Source: Thelocarpon superellum (lineage: Eukaryota). From it: a stretch of DNA of 33,907 nucleotides. The stretch covers positions 1-33,907 of the forward strand of contig JAPEUG010000176.1 of the NCBI GenBank assembly GCA_026025795.1, written 5' to 3'. Shown piece by piece: positions 33,086-33,907 of the stretch; positions within the stretch are counted from its first letter, which is position 1; every line of letters starts with the position of its first letter. The notes beneath the pieces are model-generated. The model made no database searches and was not told the DNA's origin. It worked only from the letters and a program-made list of their open reading frames with translations. Both the position numbers and the translations under genes were made by a program.

Positions 33086-33907
33086 TCACGCGCGCTTCTT
33101 CGGCATGAATGCGTCAAGCATCTCATGATCTCGCGCACTTCGTCCTGGCGGTCCAGCGGCCCCTGGCCCCCCATCCAACATACTCTGAATATTCATGGCC
33201 GTCCGGCGATCAGCCGGAGCTGCCTGACCACCCGGTGGAGGGGCCCCCGCGGCCGGGGGTGGTGTTGCGCTTGCCGCAGACAGCGTCGCGGGACCAGGGA
33301 CTGCGGCGTACGCATGCGCGCCCGGAGTGGTCGACGTCGACCCATGTGGCGAATTACTACTCCGTTCGTACGGATAGGGAGACGTATGCGGCGGAGATCG
33401 TCGAGGCTCACTGTAATATGGCTGTGGCGGGGCCGTCGTGGGGATGGTGGCGCTTTGCGAATACGAGGTGTGATAAGAGGTGGCCGAGGACGCCGGAGAA
33501 ACGGCGGGATGTTGCACGTTGGTGTCAAGATAATGGTAGTCACCCGAGGAGCCCCGGCGAGGTGGCGCACCCGACGCCGGACCTCCGCCGGATAGAGGCG
33601 GCGGTAACGACGGCGTGTGCGGCTCATCGCCACGCTTGCCCTCGTCGTACGAGCGGCCGTACATCGATGTCGGACTGCTCAGCGAGTATCCGGGATCGGA
33701 GGAATACGGACTGGTCTGCGGCACCGTCCGGAGCGGTTGGCCATGGGCGCCGTAGATGATGGGGGGATTCGGGGGATAGTGGGGATGCACCCGATCCGGT
33801 AGTCCCGCGTTGCGCAGCTGTGGGTACGCCGTGTGCGCCGGCACGAAGGCTTGCGCTTGCGATGATACTGGGGTGAAAATGCACTCCTGGTGGAAGCGCT
33901 GGCAATT
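33086..33907 (-). CDS. Zn(II)2Cys6 transcription factor, 3' part only (5' end outside window)
   Basis: The frame is open from the window edge: NCQRFHQECIFTPVSSQAQAFVPAHTAYPQLRN supplies the last two Cys of a fungal binuclear zinc cluster, followed by a P/S/Y-rich region ending RRTAMNIQSML...HEMLDAFMPKKRA*. Confidence 0.8.
   Translation of the reverse strand, partial: NCQRFHQECIFTPVSSQAQAFVPAHTAYPQLRNAGLPDRVHPHYPPNPPIIYGAHGQPLRTVPQTSPYSSDPGYSLSSPTSMYGRSYDEGKRGDEPHTPSLPPPLSGGGPASGAPPRRGSSGDYHYLDTNVQHPAVSPASSATSYHTSYSQSATIPTTAPPQPYYSEPRRSPPHTSPYPYERSSNSPHGSTSTTPGAHAYAAVPGPATLSAASATPPPAAGAPPPGGQAAPADRRTAMNIQSMLDGGPGAAGPPGRSARDHEMLDAFMPKKRA

Noticed and set aside
1..33907. tRNA, rRNA or CRISPR arrays
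   Set aside because: No cloverleaf/T-loop context, rRNA sequence or repeat-spacer array seen; the locus is eukaryotic.

Overview
GC-rich, intron-containing genomic DNA from a filamentous ascomycete (Pezizomycotina). Left to right: a complete 7-exon nitrate reductase (niaD, minus strand) divergent from a 3-exon MICOS subunit mic19; a Pho85-type (Pcl5/Pas1-like) cyclin whose upstream region has a TGAGTCA (Gcn4/CpcA-type) site and two uORFs; a ~3 kb retrotransposon graveyard (three ~240-247 bp TGT...ACA LTR-like copies, two forming an inverted pair around a decayed gag with CpG-type mutations); a ~5 kb gene-free stretch before a two-finger C2H2/C2HC transcription factor; a 5-exon Gin4/Hsl1-type kinase; two tandem intronless paralogous secreted cysteine-rich proteins with dibasic processing sites, resembling effectors or killer-toxin-fold proteins; and the 3' part of a Zn2Cys6 transcription factor cut by the window edge. 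Gene models were spliced by hand. Family assignments come from motif recognition, not database searches. The most interesting items are the secreted paralog pair, the inverted-LTR/gag structure and the apparent CpcA-uORF control of the cyclin.
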